Assembly (NCBI GenBank): GCA_964624275.1
Contig: CAZUXP010000001.1
Location: 1,799 to 65,798 of the forward strand
Length of the DNA: 64,000 bases
Source: an uncultured Methanosarcinales archaeon
GTDB lineage: Archaea; Nanobdellota; Nanobdellia; Woesearchaeales; DATGWN01
Direction of reading: 5' to 3'
How positions within the stretch are numbered: the stretch's first letter is position 1; each line of letters begins with the position of its first letter. Under the pieces are notes generated by a model. The model worked only from the letters and a program-made list of their open reading frames with translations, searched no databases and was not told the DNA's origin. The translations under genes were made by a program, and so were the position numbers. Positions 49,219-59,093 of this stretch are shown here, one piece after another.

Positions 49219-49878
49219 TTAATGTTGTTCAGCCCAACTCCAATATGAGTTTTCGCCAATAATAATATGATCAACAAGAGGGATACCAACTAAGTCTCCA
49301 ACTTGTTCAAGTCGTTTTGTTATATCTAAATCAGCAGTTGATGGTTGTGAATTACCTGAAGGGTGGTTGTGTAGTATAATGATGGAGTGTGCGAGATGTT
49401 TAATTGCGCGAAAATAAATTTCGCGTGGGTGAATTGTGATTGCATCCTGTGTTCCACTAAATAACACTTCTTGATCAATTATTTCTAATTGTGTGTTTAA
49501 AAAAACAACAAGAAATTCTTCTCTGTATGATTGCGTAAAAAAGTCGTTATAAAGCGTATAAATCGTTTTTGCGCTTGTAATTTTTTCTTTTTTATATATT
49601 GTTTTTTTCCGACGTTTTGCAAATTCAAACAGTGCTAGAATCTGGCTTGCTTTTGCAATACCAATACCTTGAATGTTGAGTAATTGTTCAAGTGTGACTG
49701 AATGTTGTTCTTGTTGAAGAAGCTTTAAGACTTGTTGTGCAAGACTAAAGACATCATAACGTCGGTTACCACTTTTTAATATAATGGAGAGTAGCTCGAT
49801 ATCGGATAATACGCCAATACCTTCATTTATCATTCTTTCGCGTGGTTTTTGCGAATGGGGAAGTTCTCGCAATTGCAT
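49219..49878 (-). CDS. radC: RadC-like JAB/MPN-domain protein (UPF0758)
   Basis: JAMM motif HNHPSGNSQPSTADLDITKRL and N-terminal HhH-like region. Confidence 0.7.
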   Translation of the reverse strand: MQLRELPHSQKPRERMINEGIGVLSDIELLSIILKSGNRRYDVFSLAQQVLKLLQQEQHSVTLEQLLNIQGIGIAKASQILALFEFAKRRKKTIYKKEKITSAKTIYTLYNDFFTQSYREEFLVVFLNTQLEIIDQEVLFSGTQDAITIHPREIYFRAIKHLAHSIIILHNHPSGNSQPSTADLDITKRLEQVGDLVGIPLVDHIIIGENSYWSWAEQH

Positions 49879-50106
49879 AATAAAAAGATTGGAGTATTGT
49901 TATAAATACATTTTCATTATATTTCTGAGTTTTTTTCATATATTTCGATGTTTTTTCATCCAATACATTGTTTGGAAAGAAAAATTAGATGTTGATTTAC
50001 AAAAACTTTATAAACAGCTTGAATTTCCTCAATAAAATCAACACGACACCTGCACAAAAAAGAAATTGTGTAGATCGGACAAACCTTGCTTAGATTAGGA
50101 TAATAT

Positions 50107-50155
50107 GTGAGCCTGCAAAGAAGGATTCCTTCAGGAATAGGTTCTTCTAGCTCAC
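50107..50155 (+). promoter_or_regulatory. GC-rich structured leader element upstream of the L3 ribosomal-protein operon
   Basis: gtgagc...gctcac closing stem enclosing agaag-(ttcc ttca ggaa)-tagg tt-cttct; locally about 45% GC in a 30% GC genome; 55 nt upstream of rpl3. Confidence 0.3.
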
Positions 50156-50211
50156 TGAATTTCTAATAGTATGTAGTTGTCGAGTAGAATATAGTGTTAA
50201 AATAATATAAA

Positions 50212-51198
50212 ATGGCGAAATCAAGAAATCCAAGACATGGAAGTATGCAGTTCTGGCCAAGAGTTAGAGCTAGTTGTGAGACTGCTCGTATTCGTGCATG
50301 GTCAAATACTGATTCAGGTTTACTTGGCTTTGCAGGATACAAAGTTGGTATGACTCAAGTACAATTTGTGGATCCTCAAAAGCAATCTTTAACAAAAGGT
50401 CAAGTAGTCAGTGAGCCAGTTACAATCATAGAGTGTCCGCCAGTATTAGTTATTGGAGTTCGTGTGTACACACAGTCAGATGATTCTCGATTAGTTGTTT
50501 CACATCAAATTAATGCATCAAAATTACCTCTCAGTGTTCGAAAAAGACTTGTTGTTTCAAAAAAAGAAGTAAAACAAGATTTTGATTCGCTTGACGTATC
50601 GAAAATTTCAGACGTTCGGTTATTAGTTGCAACGCAACCGAATTTAGCGGGTTTTGGGAAAAAAACTTCGGATATTTTCGAATTAGCAATTGGTGGTTCA
50701 GTTGAATCACAATTAACGTTTGCAAAAGAAAAACTTGGTCAAACGATTTCAATAACTGATGTGTTTTCATCTGGTGATTTAGTTGATTCTCATTCTGTGA
50801 GTAAAGGAAAAGGGTATCAAGGTCCTGTGAAGCGATTTGGTGTTTCTTTACGTCAAAAAAAATCAGAAAAAACAAAACGTGGTCCTGGTTCGCTTGGTCC
50901 TTGGAAAGGTCAAGGTCACATAATGTATCGTATTGCGATGGCTGGAAAAATGGGTTATCATTTACGAACAGATTATAATAAGCGAATCGAATTAATATCG
51001 GATGACGTAACAAAAGTCAACGCGAAAAGTGGGTTTTCTCATTATGGTTTAGTTAAAACGTCTTACATGTTAGTTCGAGGTAGTGTGAGTGGTCCGAAAA
51101 AACGACTTATTACACTGACAAAAGCGATTCGCCCAAATAATAAGTATGCAATTGGCGAAATAGATATTAATTATATTAGTACAGAATCACAAAATTAA
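50212..51198 (+). CDS. rpl3: 50S ribosomal protein L3
   Basis: MAKSRNPRHGSMQFWPRVRA... archaeal L3 N-terminus; operon position. Confidence 0.85.
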   Translation: MAKSRNPRHGSMQFWPRVRASCETARIRAWSNTDSGLLGFAGYKVGMTQVQFVDPQKQSLTKGQVVSEPVTIIECPPVLVIGVRVYTQSDDSRLVVSHQINASKLPLSVRKRLVVSKKEVKQDFDSLDVSKISDVRLLVATQPNLAGFGKKTSDIFELAIGGSVESQLTFAKEKLGQTISITDVFSSGDLVDSHSVSKGKGYQGPVKRFGVSLRQKKSEKTKRGPGSLGPWKGQGHIMYRIAMAGKMGYHLRTDYNKRIELISDDVTKVNAKSGFSHYGLVKTSYMLVRGSVSGPKKRLITLTKAIRPNNKYAIGEIDINYISTESQN

Positions 51199-51209
51199 GG
51201 TTAAAGATA

Positions 51210-52016
51210 ATGAATGTAAAAATACGAGATTTGCAAAATACTGAAAAAGGATCAATGGCTGTACCTGTACAGTTTTTAGAACCTGTTCGAGAGGATTTAA
51301 TTCGTCGGGCAGTATTAGTTATTCAAGCAAACACTCGTCAATCATATGGTGCAAGTCCTGAAGCTGGAAAACGTCATAGTGCTGAAGTTTCAAGACGTCG
51401 TCGAAAATATCGGGGAAGTTATGGAAAAGGTATATCTCGTGTTCCGCGAAAAATCTTGGCTGCAAATGGTTCGCAAATTCACTGGGTTGGTGCAGTAGCT
51501 CCAGGAACAGTTGGTGGTCGTCGAGCTCACCCTCCAAAATCAGAAAAAATTTGGTCATTAAGGATAAATGATTCTGAACGTCGAAAAGCAATTCGAAGTG
51601 CATTATCGGCAACAATGGATGTAAAAATTGTTACAAATCGAGGTCATATAGTACCAAAAACTTATCCTTTTATTTTATCAAAAGAATTTGAATCAGTTTC
51701 AAAAACAAGTGAATTTCAAAAAGCATTAGAAACTATTGGGCTTAGTGGTGAATTAGTTCGATCACAACGCAAATCAATTCGTGCTGGTAAAGGTACTATG
51801 CGGGGTCGAAAATATAAAAAAACAGTAGGACCGTTAGTAGTTGTTTCGGGTGAATGTGATGCGTTAAAATCAGCTCGAAATATTCCAGGTATTGAAGTTG
51901 TCAGTGTTTCAAATTTAAATGCGCAAAAATTAGCACCTGGTACGCAACCTGGGCGAGTAACCTTATATACAGAATTAGCATTACAAAAAATGGCTGAATT
52001 AAAATTATTTGAGTAG
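51210..52016 (+). CDS. rpl4: 50S ribosomal protein L4 (L1e)
   Basis: Operon position after L3; L4 family similarity. Confidence 0.8.
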   Translation: MNVKIRDLQNTEKGSMAVPVQFLEPVREDLIRRAVLVIQANTRQSYGASPEAGKRHSAEVSRRRRKYRGSYGKGISRVPRKILAANGSQIHWVGAVAPGTVGGRRAHPPKSEKIWSLRINDSERRKAIRSALSATMDVKIVTNRGHIVPKTYPFILSKEFESVSKTSEFQKALETIGLSGELVRSQRKSIRAGKGTMRGRKYKKTVGPLVVVSGECDALKSARNIPGIEVVSVSNLNAQKLAPGTQPGRVTLYTELALQKMAELKLFE

Positions 52017-52275
52017 GAAGATGAATAAAATAATAAAATATGCAATTTCAAATGAGAAATCGATTCGATTAATGGAATCCGAGAATTCCTTGGTGTTTGT
52101 AGTAGATTCAAAAGCACGAAAGCCAGAGATAAAATCGGCATTAGAATCAATATTTTCAGTTAAAATTGAGTCCATTCGAACATTACATGCTCGTAATGGA
52201 ACAAAACGCGCATATGTGCGATTTAGTATTGACAATCCTGCGATAGATATTGCGACAGATTTAGGATTAATTTAA
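52009..52275 (+). CDS. rpl23: 50S ribosomal protein L23
   Basis: 88 aa, position between L4 and L2, L23 family similarity. Confidence 0.8.
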   Translation: MSRKMNKIIKYAISNEKSIRLMESENSLVFVVDSKARKPEIKSALESIFSVKIESIRTLHARNGTKRAYVRFSIDNPAIDIATDLGLI

Positions 52276-52309
52276 AGTATATTTAAGATAACAAAATAGG
52301 TATGGGAAA

Positions 52310-53026
52310 ATGGGAAAACGAATAATTGCGCAGCGGCGAGGAGCTGGAACGAGTAGATACCGTGCACATAGTTTTAAATTCAAAGGTGAAGCATTGCATC
52401 CTCCAGTTTCAGAAGACGTTCAGTCTGCAACAATTATTGATTTCGTTTCTTGTGCGGCTCATACTGCTCCACTTGCTCAAATTCGATTTGAAAATGGTGT
52501 GACGCAATTTATGTTAGCTTGTGAAGGTTTAACTGTTGGGGATACACTTCAAGTTGGTCCAAGTGTTCCGATTAAAGAAGGAAATACATTGCCATTAACA
52601 CAAATTCCTGAAGGAACATTGGTTTATAATATCGAGGCACAACCGGGAGATGGTGGTAAATTTGTTCGCGCATCCGGTACATTTGCAAGAGTGGTTTCAA
52701 AAGTTGGAAATGGTGTTGTATTACGACTTCCATCCAAAGTTATGAAAACATTTCATAGTAGCTGTCGAGCAACTATTGGTGTTTTAGCAGGCGGTGGTCG
52801 AGTTGAAAAACCGATTTTAAAAGCTGGTATTGCGCATTATAAGCATAAAGCTCGAAATCATTTATATCCAAAAGTAAGTGCGTCAGCGATGAACGCTGTA
52901 GATCACCCGTATGGGAATAAGCGAACATCAAGAAAGTCAAAAGCGATGCCTGTTTCAAGACATGCGCCTCCGGGTCGTAAAGTTGGTATGGTTGCTGCAA
53001 GACGAACTGGTCGTAAGAAGAAATAA
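52310..53026 (+). CDS. rpl2: 50S ribosomal protein L2
   Basis: Conserved ...HPYGNKRTSRKSKAMPVSRHAPPGRKVG... L2 C-terminal signature. Confidence 0.85.
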   Translation: MGKRIIAQRRGAGTSRYRAHSFKFKGEALHPPVSEDVQSATIIDFVSCAAHTAPLAQIRFENGVTQFMLACEGLTVGDTLQVGPSVPIKEGNTLPLTQIPEGTLVYNIEAQPGDGGKFVRASGTFARVVSKVGNGVVLRLPSKVMKTFHSSCRATIGVLAGGGRVEKPILKAGIAHYKHKARNHLYPKVSASAMNAVDHPYGNKRTSRKSKAMPVSRHAPPGRKVGMVAARRTGRKKK

Positions 53027-53046
53027 ATAATGGAGATTTAAATACT

Positions 53047-53427
53047 ATGGCAAAAAAAATATTCAAATTCAGAGGAATGACAACAGAGGAGTTGCAAAAG
53101 CTCTCGTTGAATGACTTACTTCCACATTTAACTTCAGACGTTCGTCGAAAAGTAAAACGAGGTTTTACTGAACAAGAACAAAAATTACTCAAAAAACTTG
53201 AAACAAAGTCGGTTGTAAAAACACATTGTCGAGATATGGTTGTTTTGCCAAGTATGATTCAAAAAACAATCAAATTAGCAAAAGGAAATAGTTTTGAAGA
53301 TGTGATTGTTCAACCAGAAATGATAGGTCATAGATTAGGTGAGTTTGTATTCACGCGTAAACGAGTAGTGCACGGTGGTGCGGGTGTTGGAGCTTCAAAA
53401 TCATCGAGTAATCAAGGCAGAAAATAA
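53047..53427 (+). CDS. rps19: 30S ribosomal protein S19
   Basis: S19 family similarity, operon position. Confidence 0.8.
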   Translation: MAKKIFKFRGMTTEELQKLSLNDLLPHLTSDVRRKVKRGFTEQEQKLLKKLETKSVVKTHCRDMVVLPSMIQKTIKLAKGNSFEDVIVQPEMIGHRLGEFVFTRKRVVHGGAGVGASKSSSNQGRK

Positions 53428-53450
53428 AATTAACATAATAGGTACACGAA

Positions 53451-54086
53451 ATGACATATAAATATGCAACGCAAGATTTGAATGTTCGAACTGCAAAAGC
53501 TGTATTGCTTTTACAAAACGTATCTTCAAAGCAATCAATTGAAGTGGCTTCTTTTATTCGAGGTCGTTCAACAAAGTATGCTTTAGCTGTGTTGGCAAGT
53601 GTTGCAAAAAAAGAAATGGTGGTTCCATATAAACGTTTCACAAATGGTGCGGGGCATAAAAAAGGATCGCTTGGTCCTGGTAAATTTCCATTAAAAACTA
53701 TAGCGGTTTTTGAAAAAGCTGTTAAACTCGCAATCGCAAATGCTGCAGATAAAGCTTTAAACACGGATTCATTAAAAATTTCGAGTATTGTCGTGAATCG
53801 TGGACCAAAAACACCAAGATATGGTAGAAATCGGGGTCGAACTGCAAAAGTAACACACATTGAAATAGTTGTAATGGAAGTTGAAGAAGAACAAAAATCT
53901 TCAAAAAAACCAGTTACAGTTCAAAAAGAACCAAGAGTAAAACCGAAAGTTGAATCTGAATCAAAAACAGAATTAAACTCCGATTCAAAAGTCGAATTAA
54001 AAGAATCAACTCAAAATAAAGCATCAGAATCGCAGCCTGCAAAAAAAGCAGAGTCAAATAAACCATTGGAGAAAACAGTACAATGA
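53451..54086 (+). CDS. rpl22: 50S ribosomal protein L22 with K/E-rich C-terminal extension
   Basis: L22 core (1-150) followed by about 60-aa low-complexity tail. Confidence 0.8.
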   Translation: MTYKYATQDLNVRTAKAVLLLQNVSSKQSIEVASFIRGRSTKYALAVLASVAKKEMVVPYKRFTNGAGHKKGSLGPGKFPLKTIAVFEKAVKLAIANAADKALNTDSLKISSIVVNRGPKTPRYGRNRGRTAKVTHIEIVVMEVEEEQKSSKKPVTVQKEPRVKPKVESESKTELNSDSKVELKESTQNKASESQPAKKAESNKPLEKTVQ

Positions 54087-54964
54087 TTGAACGAAATATA
54101 GTGAATGAAAAACTGCAAGAGTATTTAGTTGAAGAATTTATTCGAGATACATTAAGTCGAGTTGGACATTCACATACAGAATTACAGAAAACACCGGTTG
54201 GTGAGAAAATAGTTATTCATGCTTCAAGACCGGGATTAATTGTTGGTGCAAAAGGTTCCAACATTAAAAAACTAACAAAAGTTTTGAAAACAAAATTTAA
54301 ATTAGAAAATCCTGTTATTGAAATTTCGGAAATTAAAAAACCTGAGTTAGATGCAAGTCTTGTTGCAGAAAACATTGCATTTTTACTTGAACGATTTGGT
54401 TCGCAACGATTTAAGGGTGTGGGTTACAGTTCAATGGATTCAGCAATCAAAGCTGGTGCAAAAGGTATTGAAATATTAATTTCGGGTAAATTACCTGCAT
54501 CGCGTGCAAGAACATGGCGATTTTATATGGGCTACTTAAAAAAATGTGGTGATCTTGCTATAAATGGTGTAGATACTGCATATATTCAAGCAAAATTAAA
54601 AACAGGTGTTGTAGGAATTCAAGTACGAATTATGCCTCCTGATTTAGTTCTTCCAGACGCAGTAACTTTGTTACAAACAGAAGTTGGTGATGTCGAAGAA
54701 GGTCCTTCAAAAGATATTGAAGTTGATGCAAAAAAAGAAGCAAAAGAAGTTGAATCAAAAATTACAGAAGCAGTTACTGAGTCTGTAGATGAAAAGGTTG
54801 AGTCTGAAACTAAACTTGCTTCAAAAAAGACAAAAAAGGTTGCAAAGAAAAAAACAACAAAAAAAACAACTGACAAATCTGTAGAAGTTGTTAAAGAAAA
54901 ATCTGCAAAAACTGCAGAAAAAGAAGAATCAACATCAGAAAAGTTAGTTGAGGAGTCCAAATGA
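54083..54964 (+). CDS. rps3: 30S ribosomal protein S3 with K-rich C-terminal extension
   Basis: KH domain and S3 C-terminal domain followed by ...KKTKKVAKKKTTKKTTDK... tail. Confidence 0.85.
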   Translation: MIERNIVNEKLQEYLVEEFIRDTLSRVGHSHTELQKTPVGEKIVIHASRPGLIVGAKGSNIKKLTKVLKTKFKLENPVIEISEIKKPELDASLVAENIAFLLERFGSQRFKGVGYSSMDSAIKAGAKGIEILISGKLPASRARTWRFYMGYLKKCGDLAINGVDTAYIQAKLKTGVVGIQVRIMPPDLVLPDAVTLLQTEVGDVEEGPSKDIEVDAKKEAKEVESKITEAVTESVDEKVESETKLASKKTKKVAKKKTTKKTTDKSVEVVKEKSAKTAEKEESTSEKLVEESK

Positions 54965-55164
54965 AATTTAAACAGATGGCGGATTTAGAAAACGATCAGT
55001 TACAAAAAAAACTATTGGAGTTTCAAAAAGAATTAATGAAATTACAAGGTTCGGCCGCATCCGGTGCATCACCAAAAAATCCTGGTCAAATTAAACAATT
55101 TAAAAAATCAATCGCGCGTGTCTTAACGGCACTAAAACAGCGCGGAGTACGAGTGAATGGATGA
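54961..55164 (+). CDS. rpl29: 50S ribosomal protein L29
   Basis: 67 aa, L29 family similarity, operon position. Confidence 0.75.
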   Translation: MKFKQMADLENDQLQKKLLEFQKELMKLQGSAASGASPKNPGQIKQFKKSIARVLTALKQRGVRVNG

Positions 55165-55477
55165 ACTATTTGATAAGTTTGGATTGCCTAAAGAATTAAA
55201 TATTGGCGATACAATCGCAAAAGAAAACCAAAAAATCGAAGTGTTTACGACAAAAAAAAAGTTTGGGAAAAAATACACATTAGTTGAAGGTTTGGATATA
55301 AAATCTTTAGATGTAAAAGATATTACCAAAAAACTTAAAGCGAAATTTGCTTGTGGTGGGACATTTAAAGATGGTGTTGTTGAACTGCAAGGGGATCATA
55401 CTCAAAATATAAAAAAAGCAATGGAGGGTTTGGGATTTCAACCTGAATCAATTGAAATTAAAGGAATGAAACGATGA
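55157..55477 (+). CDS. translation initiation factor SUI1 (aIF1)
   Basis: SUI1 fold signature ...KFACGGTFKDGVVELQGDH...; typical archaeal position between L29 and S17. Confidence 0.7.
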   Translation: MDELFDKFGLPKELNIGDTIAKENQKIEVFTTKKKFGKKYTLVEGLDIKSLDVKDITKKLKAKFACGGTFKDGVVELQGDHTQNIKKAMEGLGFQPESIEIKGMKR

Positions 55478-55818
55478 CAACAAAAAAATCAATTGGATAT
55501 GGTGTAAAAACGCCAAAATTTGAAGAACAACCTGATAAGAATTGCCCATTCACAGGTTCACTTCGTGTGCGAGGTAATATAATGGTTGGTACTGTTGTGA
55601 GTGCATTAGCGCCATTAACTGCTACAGTTCAAATTGAGCGACAGGTTTTTGTGCCAAAATATAAACGATATAAAAAAAAATTATCCAAAATTCACGTTCA
55701 TAACCCAACATCAATACAAGCTGAACAAGGAGATGTTGTTGAGTTTATTGGTTGTCGACCTTTGAGTAAAACAAAGAGTGCGGTCATCATAAATATAGTT
55801 ACAAAAAAATCAGAATAA
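55474..55818 (+). CDS. rps17: 30S ribosomal protein S17
   Basis: S17 family similarity and operon position. Confidence 0.8.
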   Translation: MTTKKSIGYGVKTPKFEEQPDKNCPFTGSLRVRGNIMVGTVVSALAPLTATVQIERQVFVPKYKRYKKKLSKIHVHNPTSIQAEQGDVVEFIGCRPLSKTKSAVIINIVTKKSE

Positions 55819-55831
55819 TTGGTGAAATAAT

Positions 55832-56233
55832 ATGAAAGGAATGAAAGCGTCAGTAACACGAGCATTACCAGTTGGGGCACGAATGCAAACTTGCGATAAT
55901 AGTGGTGCGAAAGTTGTTGAAATAATTGGTGTAAAAAGCATTAAAACTCGAAAAGGACGTGTTGCATCAGCTGGCGTAGGTGATTTAGTAATGGTATCCG
56001 TTATAAGTGGGCGACCTGATATGCGAAATAAAGTAGTTCCTGCAGTAGTTGTTCGTCAGAAGAAAGAGTATCGAAGACCTAATGGGATGCGAGTTAAATT
56101 TGAAGATAATAGTGTTGTTGTATTAAAGGATGAAAAAGGAAATCCGAAGGGAACAATATTCAAAGGACCAGTTGCAAAAGAAGCTGTTGAGAGATGGGGA
56201 GCGGTTGGAAAAGTTGCAAACATTGTATTATGA
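55832..56233 (+). CDS. rpl14: 50S ribosomal protein L14
   Basis: ...MQTCDNSGAKVVEIIGV... L14 signature. Confidence 0.85.
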   Translation: MKGMKASVTRALPVGARMQTCDNSGAKVVEIIGVKSIKTRKGRVASAGVGDLVMVSVISGRPDMRNKVVPAVVVRQKKEYRRPNGMRVKFEDNSVVVLKDEKGNPKGTIFKGPVAKEAVERWGAVGKVANIVL

Positions 56234-56242
56234 GGAATAAAA

Positions 56243-56635
56243 ATGGTATCACAATTATTTAGTAAAAGTTGGAAAAAAAGTTCACAAGTGAGCAAACAAC
56301 GAAAATATGCATATAATGCTCCAGATCATATTCGAGGTTCATTTTTACATGCGAGCCTTTCACCAGAATTGCGAAAAAAACATGCAAAACGTTCGATTCG
56401 TGTACGAAAAGGTGACAAAGTAAAAGTAATGGTAGGTCAACATAAGGGTAAAATTGGTGTTGTAGATAAAGTTGATGTTGCAACATCAAAAATATATATT
56501 CAAAAAGTTGAAGGTGTTAAAAAAGATGGCTCCAAATATTTATATCCAATTCATGCTTCAAATATTCAAATTTTAGATTTGGTGTTAAAAGACAAAAAAC
56601 GCGAAATAGCATTAAAACGAGGAAAATCAGAATGA
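56243..56635 (+). CDS. rpl24: 50S ribosomal protein L24 (KOW domain)
   Basis: KOW motif VRKGDKVKVMVGQHKGKIGVV. Confidence 0.8.
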   Translation: MVSQLFSKSWKKSSQVSKQRKYAYNAPDHIRGSFLHASLSPELRKKHAKRSIRVRKGDKVKVMVGQHKGKIGVVDKVDVATSKIYIQKVEGVKKDGSKYLYPIHASNIQILDLVLKDKKREIALKRGKSE

Positions 56636-57327
56636 CTAAAAATCACTTAAAAAGAATCGCAACTCCAAGAACTTGGCCAATATTGCGTAAGTTGAGTACA
56701 TTTGTGGCTCGACCAAAATCGGGGAAAAATCAAGAGTTGAGTTTACCTTTGGCCTTTGTTTGTAAGGAAGTGTTAGGTGTATGTCAAACAACTCGCCAAG
56801 TCAAAGTGTTATTGACAAATGGTCAGATTCAAGTTGATGGGAAACTTCAAAAAAGTCATAGATTTCCTGTGGGATTATTTGACGTTATAACTTTTGTTGA
56901 TGATAAAAAATCATTTAGAGTTGGTTTAGGTAAAAATGGGAAATTAACAGCATTTGAAATACCACAAAAACAAAAAGATAGTATGTTAGTAAAAGTATTA
57001 TCAAAACAAATTATACAAAAAGATGTATTTCAATTATCGATGTTAAATGGTCGTTCATTGCGTATTAATGCAAAAGAAGCAAAACCAATTTCAGTTGGTG
57101 ATTCGTTAGTACTTGATGCAAATCAAAAAATTACCAAACATATTTCGCTTCAAAAAGGAAATATGGTTAAATTTATTGGTGGTCGACATATTGGTTCAAT
57201 TGGTGTTGTAGAATCCACACAAGATCAAAAAATCACTGTAATTTTAAATGAAGTTCCAACTGAAACACTTAAAAAATATGCGTTTGTTGTTGGAGAAAAA
57301 ACTCCCGAATTACAAATAAGTGCATAA
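56632..57327 (+). CDS. rps4e: 30S ribosomal protein S4e
   Basis: MTKNHLKRIATPRTWPI... S4e N-terminus, S4 and KOW domains. Confidence 0.85.
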   Translation: MTKNHLKRIATPRTWPILRKLSTFVARPKSGKNQELSLPLAFVCKEVLGVCQTTRQVKVLLTNGQIQVDGKLQKSHRFPVGLFDVITFVDDKKSFRVGLGKNGKLTAFEIPQKQKDSMLVKVLSKQIIQKDVFQLSMLNGRSLRINAKEAKPISVGDSLVLDANQKITKHISLQKGNMVKFIGGRHIGSIGVVESTQDQKITVILNEVPTETLKKYAFVVGEKTPELQISA

Positions 57328-57329
57328 GA

Positions 57330-57887
57330 ATGAGTAGAAAAATGGCAGAAACAAAAAATATAATGCGAGAACTAAAAATTGAAAAAGTTACATTAAATTG
57401 TGGCTGTGGGACAGATCATGCATTATTAGAAAAATCATTGAAACTTTTAAAATTAATCACAGGTAAAACTGCGGTTCGAACAAAGTCAAAAGTTCGACTT
57501 GCAAGTTGGGGTTTACGAAAAGGACTTCCTATTGGTGCTAAAATAACAGTTCGTGGTGCTGAAGCAGAAAATCTTGTAAAAAGATTTGTTGAAGCAAAAG
57601 ACAATCAAATAGCGCTTTCCTGTTTTGATTCACGAGGAAATTTATCATTTGGAATATCCGAATGTATTGATATTCCTGGAATAGAATATACTCCGGAAAT
57701 AGGAATTATTGGGTTGCAAATTTCAATCACATTTCAAAAACCAGGTTTGCGTGTCAAACAGAGAAAATTTAAACCAGGACACATTCCGCAACGACATTTA
57801 GTGTCGCAAGAAGATGTAATTACATTTATGAAAAAACAGTACAACGTGACTGTTGTTGTAAAAGAAGACGAGGACGATGAAGAATGA
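57330..57887 (+). CDS. rpl5: 50S ribosomal protein L5
   Basis: L5 family similarity, operon position. Confidence 0.8.
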   Translation: MSRKMAETKNIMRELKIEKVTLNCGCGTDHALLEKSLKLLKLITGKTAVRTKSKVRLASWGLRKGLPIGAKITVRGAEAENLVKRFVEAKDNQIALSCFDSRGNLSFGISECIDIPGIEYTPEIGIIGLQISITFQKPGLRVKQRKFKPGHIPQRHLVSQEDVITFMKKQYNVTVVVKEDEDDEE

Positions 57888-58114
57888 CTGCATCCTATTA
57901 TAAGAAAGTGTTTAAACAACTTCGTGCAAAACCGACGAAATTAAAAAAATTCGTAAAACACAGTTCACCGACAGAGAGAAGTTGTGGGAAAAATTTACGA
58001 CGATGTAAATTAACAGGAAGAGTAGGTGGTCACATCAGCAAATACAATTTAGGTTTGTGTAGGCAATCATTTAGACAGGTTGCAACAAAAATCGGGTTTA
58101 AAAAATATAATTAG
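57884..58114 (+). CDS. rps14: 30S ribosomal protein S14 (type Z)
   Basis: ...CGKNLRRCKLTGRVGGHISKYNLGLCRQSFRQVATKIGFKKY matches archaeal S14. Confidence 0.8.
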   Translation: MTASYYKKVFKQLRAKPTKLKKFVKHSSPTERSCGKNLRRCKLTGRVGGHISKYNLGLCRQSFRQVATKIGFKKYN

Positions 58115-58123
58115 GTGTAAAAT

Positions 58124-58516
58124 ATGGTATTAAATGATCCTTTAGCGGCAATGCTTTCAAAGATTCAAAACGCAAATCTTGTGAATAAGCAAGAAGTAGT
58201 AATAAAACCAGTGTCAAAGTTCATGTTATTAGTACTTGATATGTTTAAAGAATATGAGTATATTCGTGCATATGATGTGATTGAAGATGGTCGCGGTAGT
58301 CATGTAAAAATAACGGGGTTTGAACAAATTAATAAATGTGGTGCGATAAAACCAAGATATAGTTTTTCAGTTGCAGATTCGGTTTCCGTAGAACAGAATT
58401 ATTTACCATCAAAAGGGTTTGGAATTATTATTGTAACAACTTCAAAAGGATTAATGACCATTCAAAAAGCTCAGCAAGAAAAAGTTGGAGGAAAACTTGT
58501 TGCATATTGTTATTAA
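58124..58516 (+). CDS. rps8: 30S ribosomal protein S8
   Basis: MVLNDPLAAMLSKIQNA... S8 N-terminus. Confidence 0.85.
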   Translation: MVLNDPLAAMLSKIQNANLVNKQEVVIKPVSKFMLLVLDMFKEYEYIRAYDVIEDGRGSHVKITGFEQINKCGAIKPRYSFSVADSVSVEQNYLPSKGFGIIIVTTSKGLMTIQKAQQEKVGGKLVAYCY

Positions 58517-58541
58517 TATGCATTTAGTTTAATATTATACT

Positions 58542-59093
58542 ATGAAAATTGAATTATACGAAGAGAAAATACCAGTACTTGAAGGAGTAGAAGTTTCGTA
58601 TCAAAAAGGAATTTTTACTGCAAAAGGTTCAACTGGTGAAGTATCAAAAAAAATGATTAACTCACGTATAGATGTATTCGTAGAAAATTCACAAATAATA
58701 TTACGTTCAAAAAATGCAACACGAAAAGAAAAAATGAATATTAATACATTTCGAGCACACATTAATAATTGTATGATTGGTGCAAAAGAAGGATTTGCAT
58801 ACGAATTAAAAATTTGTTCAGGTCACTTTCCGATGAGTGCAAGTGTGAAAAATGAAGTATTTGAACTTAAAAATTTTTTAGGCGAAAATACGCCAAGACG
58901 ATTAAATTTAAAAAGTGGTGCTAAAGTCACTATTAATGGAGACGTTATTACGGTCGAATCAGTGAATAAAGAATTAGCAGGTCAAGTAGCTGCTGATTTA
59001 GAACAATTAACGCGAATTACGGATTTTGATCGCCGTATATTCCAAGATGGAATTTATATAACAAAAAAAGCAGGTAAAGTTTTACTTGCTTAG
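58542..59093 (+). CDS. rpl6: 50S ribosomal protein L6
   Basis: L6 family two-domain similarity, operon position. Confidence 0.8.
   Translation: MKIELYEEKIPVLEGVEVSYQKGIFTAKGSTGEVSKKMINSRIDVFVENSQIILRSKNATRKEKMNINTFRAHINNCMIGAKEGFAYELKICSGHFPMSASVKNEVFELKNFLGENTPRRLNLKSGAKVTINGDVITVESVNKELAGQVAADLEQLTRITDFDRRIFQDGIYITKKAGKVLLA

Noticed and set aside
55157-55477. Absence of RNase P subunit Rpp29 between rpl29 and rps17
   Set aside because: Only SUI1 sits there. This arrangement occurs in several archaeal lineages and is not in itself anomalous.
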